This document shows, one piece after another, positions 62,601 to 64,000 of a stretch of DNA of 64,000 nucleotides. Origin of the DNA: an uncultured delta proteobacterium (GTDB lineage: Bacteria > Desulfobacterota > Binatia > HRBIN30 > BPIQ01); contig CAVXGR010000012.1 in the NCBI GenBank assembly GCA_963761335.1, positions 320,001-384,000 of the forward strand, written 5' to 3'. Every line of letters starts with the position of its first letter. The stretch's first letter is position 1. The position numbers and the translations under genes were made by a program. The notes beneath the pieces are model-generated. The model made no database searches. It saw nothing but the letters and a program-made list of their open reading frames with translations, and was not told the origin of the DNA.

Positions 62601-64000
62601 ACCCTCGCGCACCGCGACGCCAACGCAGACACTGACGCCGACGCCGAGCTCCACGGCGATCCGCGACGGAGACGTCGACAGCGACGCCGGTGCCCACGGG
62701 CACGGCGACCGCTACAGCGACCGGCGTGCCGACGGCGAGCCCGACAACCAGCGCCACGGCCACCGACACGCCCACCGCCACGGCGACTTCTTCGCAGACG
62801 GCGACACTCACGCCCTCGGCAACCGCCACGCGCACCCAGACCGTCGCCGACACGGCCACCCCCGCCAATACCGCCAGCGCCAGCCCCAGGCCGTCGGACT
62901 CGCCGACGCCGACGCCGACAGCAACCTCGACAGCGACCGAAACCAAGACGGCGACCTCGTCGCCGTCGGTCACCCCGACGACCAACCCGTCCATCACCGC
63001 TCCGCCGACCGCCACGAGCACGGTGACGCCAACCGCGAGCCCGATGCCGAGCGTCTCCCCTTCCGCCACCGAGAGCCCGTTGCCGACCGGGACCGTGGAG
63101 CGCACCGCGACGCCCTCGACGAGCGCCACGGTGACGGCGTCGGGAACACCGGCGCTCACCCACACCCCGGGACCGACGCCGCCACCTGACCTGTTCGACT
63201 ACATGATCCCCAACGGTCCGGGGACACAGCCATGCGTCTTCGCCGTGGCGAGCTCGTTGACCAACGGCATCGCCACCATCGCCGAAGGCACATCCCTGAG
63301 CAACTTCCTCACGCAGCCACCGTTCAACAACGCCGTCACCCTGCGGCACGACTACCGCGCTGTCTTCATCTCCCCCGGTCTCACCTCGTCGGACTACGAC
63401 ATCCTCGCCGCTCTGGTGCAGCCGGGTGGGATCCTCGACGAGTTCGTGCAGATCGGTGGCGCCCTGGTGGTCGACCCCGTCGGCATCCCCTCGAACAACC
63501 CGACTCTGATCGCCCCGGGCGGCGTCATGTACGACGCCAGCGCCGCCAGCGATTTCGAGTTCATCCCGGTCCAATCGCGGCCCTACTTCACCGGCTTCGG
63601 CTTCGCCGGGCACTTTCTCACCAGCAGCGACTTTTCCGCCTGGGGGCCGACCAATGACGGCATCCTGAGCGGCTATCCGAGCGGCTCGACCGTCCTGCTT
63701 CAGGACACCAGCAGCCAGGCGACCCTCGTCGAGTACCCCTGGGGCACTGGCAAGGTCCTCGCCACCTCTCTCAACTTCTGCGCCCAGGGGGAAACGGGCC
63801 CGGATCGCCCGGCTCTGGAGAACCTGCTGCGCTACGGCGTCTTCTTCATGGGCTCGGCGCAGACGCCGGCGGCGACATTCACCTCCACGCCGACGCCGAC
63901 GTTCACGCCGACTCCGCCGACGGCGACGCCGACCACCCCCCGGCCGACGGCGACCATCACGCAGACACCGACGGCGAGTGCGACGCCCAGCGCCACCTCA
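59626..64000 (+). CDS. Very large secreted Pro/Thr-rich modular protein (3' end beyond the window), interrupted by a +1 frameshift near 62659
   Basis: Signal peptide; two homologous ~370 aa domains starting NGFESG; PT linkers. After ..TPSSTA the Thr/Pro code continues in the +1 frame ([10 protein letters not shown]...) with no stop seen up to 64000. Confidence 0.8.

Noticed and set aside
62659..63189. His/Asp/Arg-rich C-terminus as a metal-binding tail
   Set aside because: It is the out-of-frame reading of the Thr/Pro linker after the frameshift

Overview
This is a GC-rich (roughly 70% by eye) bacterial chromosomal window with dense, mostly intact genes. Pro/Thr-linker and dockerin-like secreted proteins, several F420-type oxidoreductases and a deltaproteobacterial-style IclR suggest a Candidatus Binatia/deltaproteobacteria-like organism (inference only). 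The main themes are: (1) branched/terpenoid acyl-CoA catabolism, with two paralogous carboxyltransferases, a split biotin carboxylase/BCCP, AtuA, a hydratase, ETF, three acyl-CoA dehydrogenases, a 3-hydroxyacyl-CoA dehydrogenase and a thiolase; (2) housekeeping genes rmuC, rnd, lgt, trmB, hisS and ald; (3) secreted or surface proteins; (4) several families of intergenic REP/MITE-like repeats. No rRNA, tRNA, CRISPR array or transposase was recognised. The most notable oddities are a free-standing Hint (intein-fold) gene lacking canonical splicing residues at the head of a beta-oxidation gene run, alanine dehydrogenase enclosed in nested ~0.5 kb inverted repeats, and a ~255 bp element placed in the same orientation upstream of both etfBA and atuA. 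Also notable are a cyclase-STAND-TPR gene with an indel-riddled middle coupled to a class-3 lipase, and a giant secreted protein with a duplicated unknown domain and a +1 frameshift. All calls come from visual motif recognition; no database searches were run.
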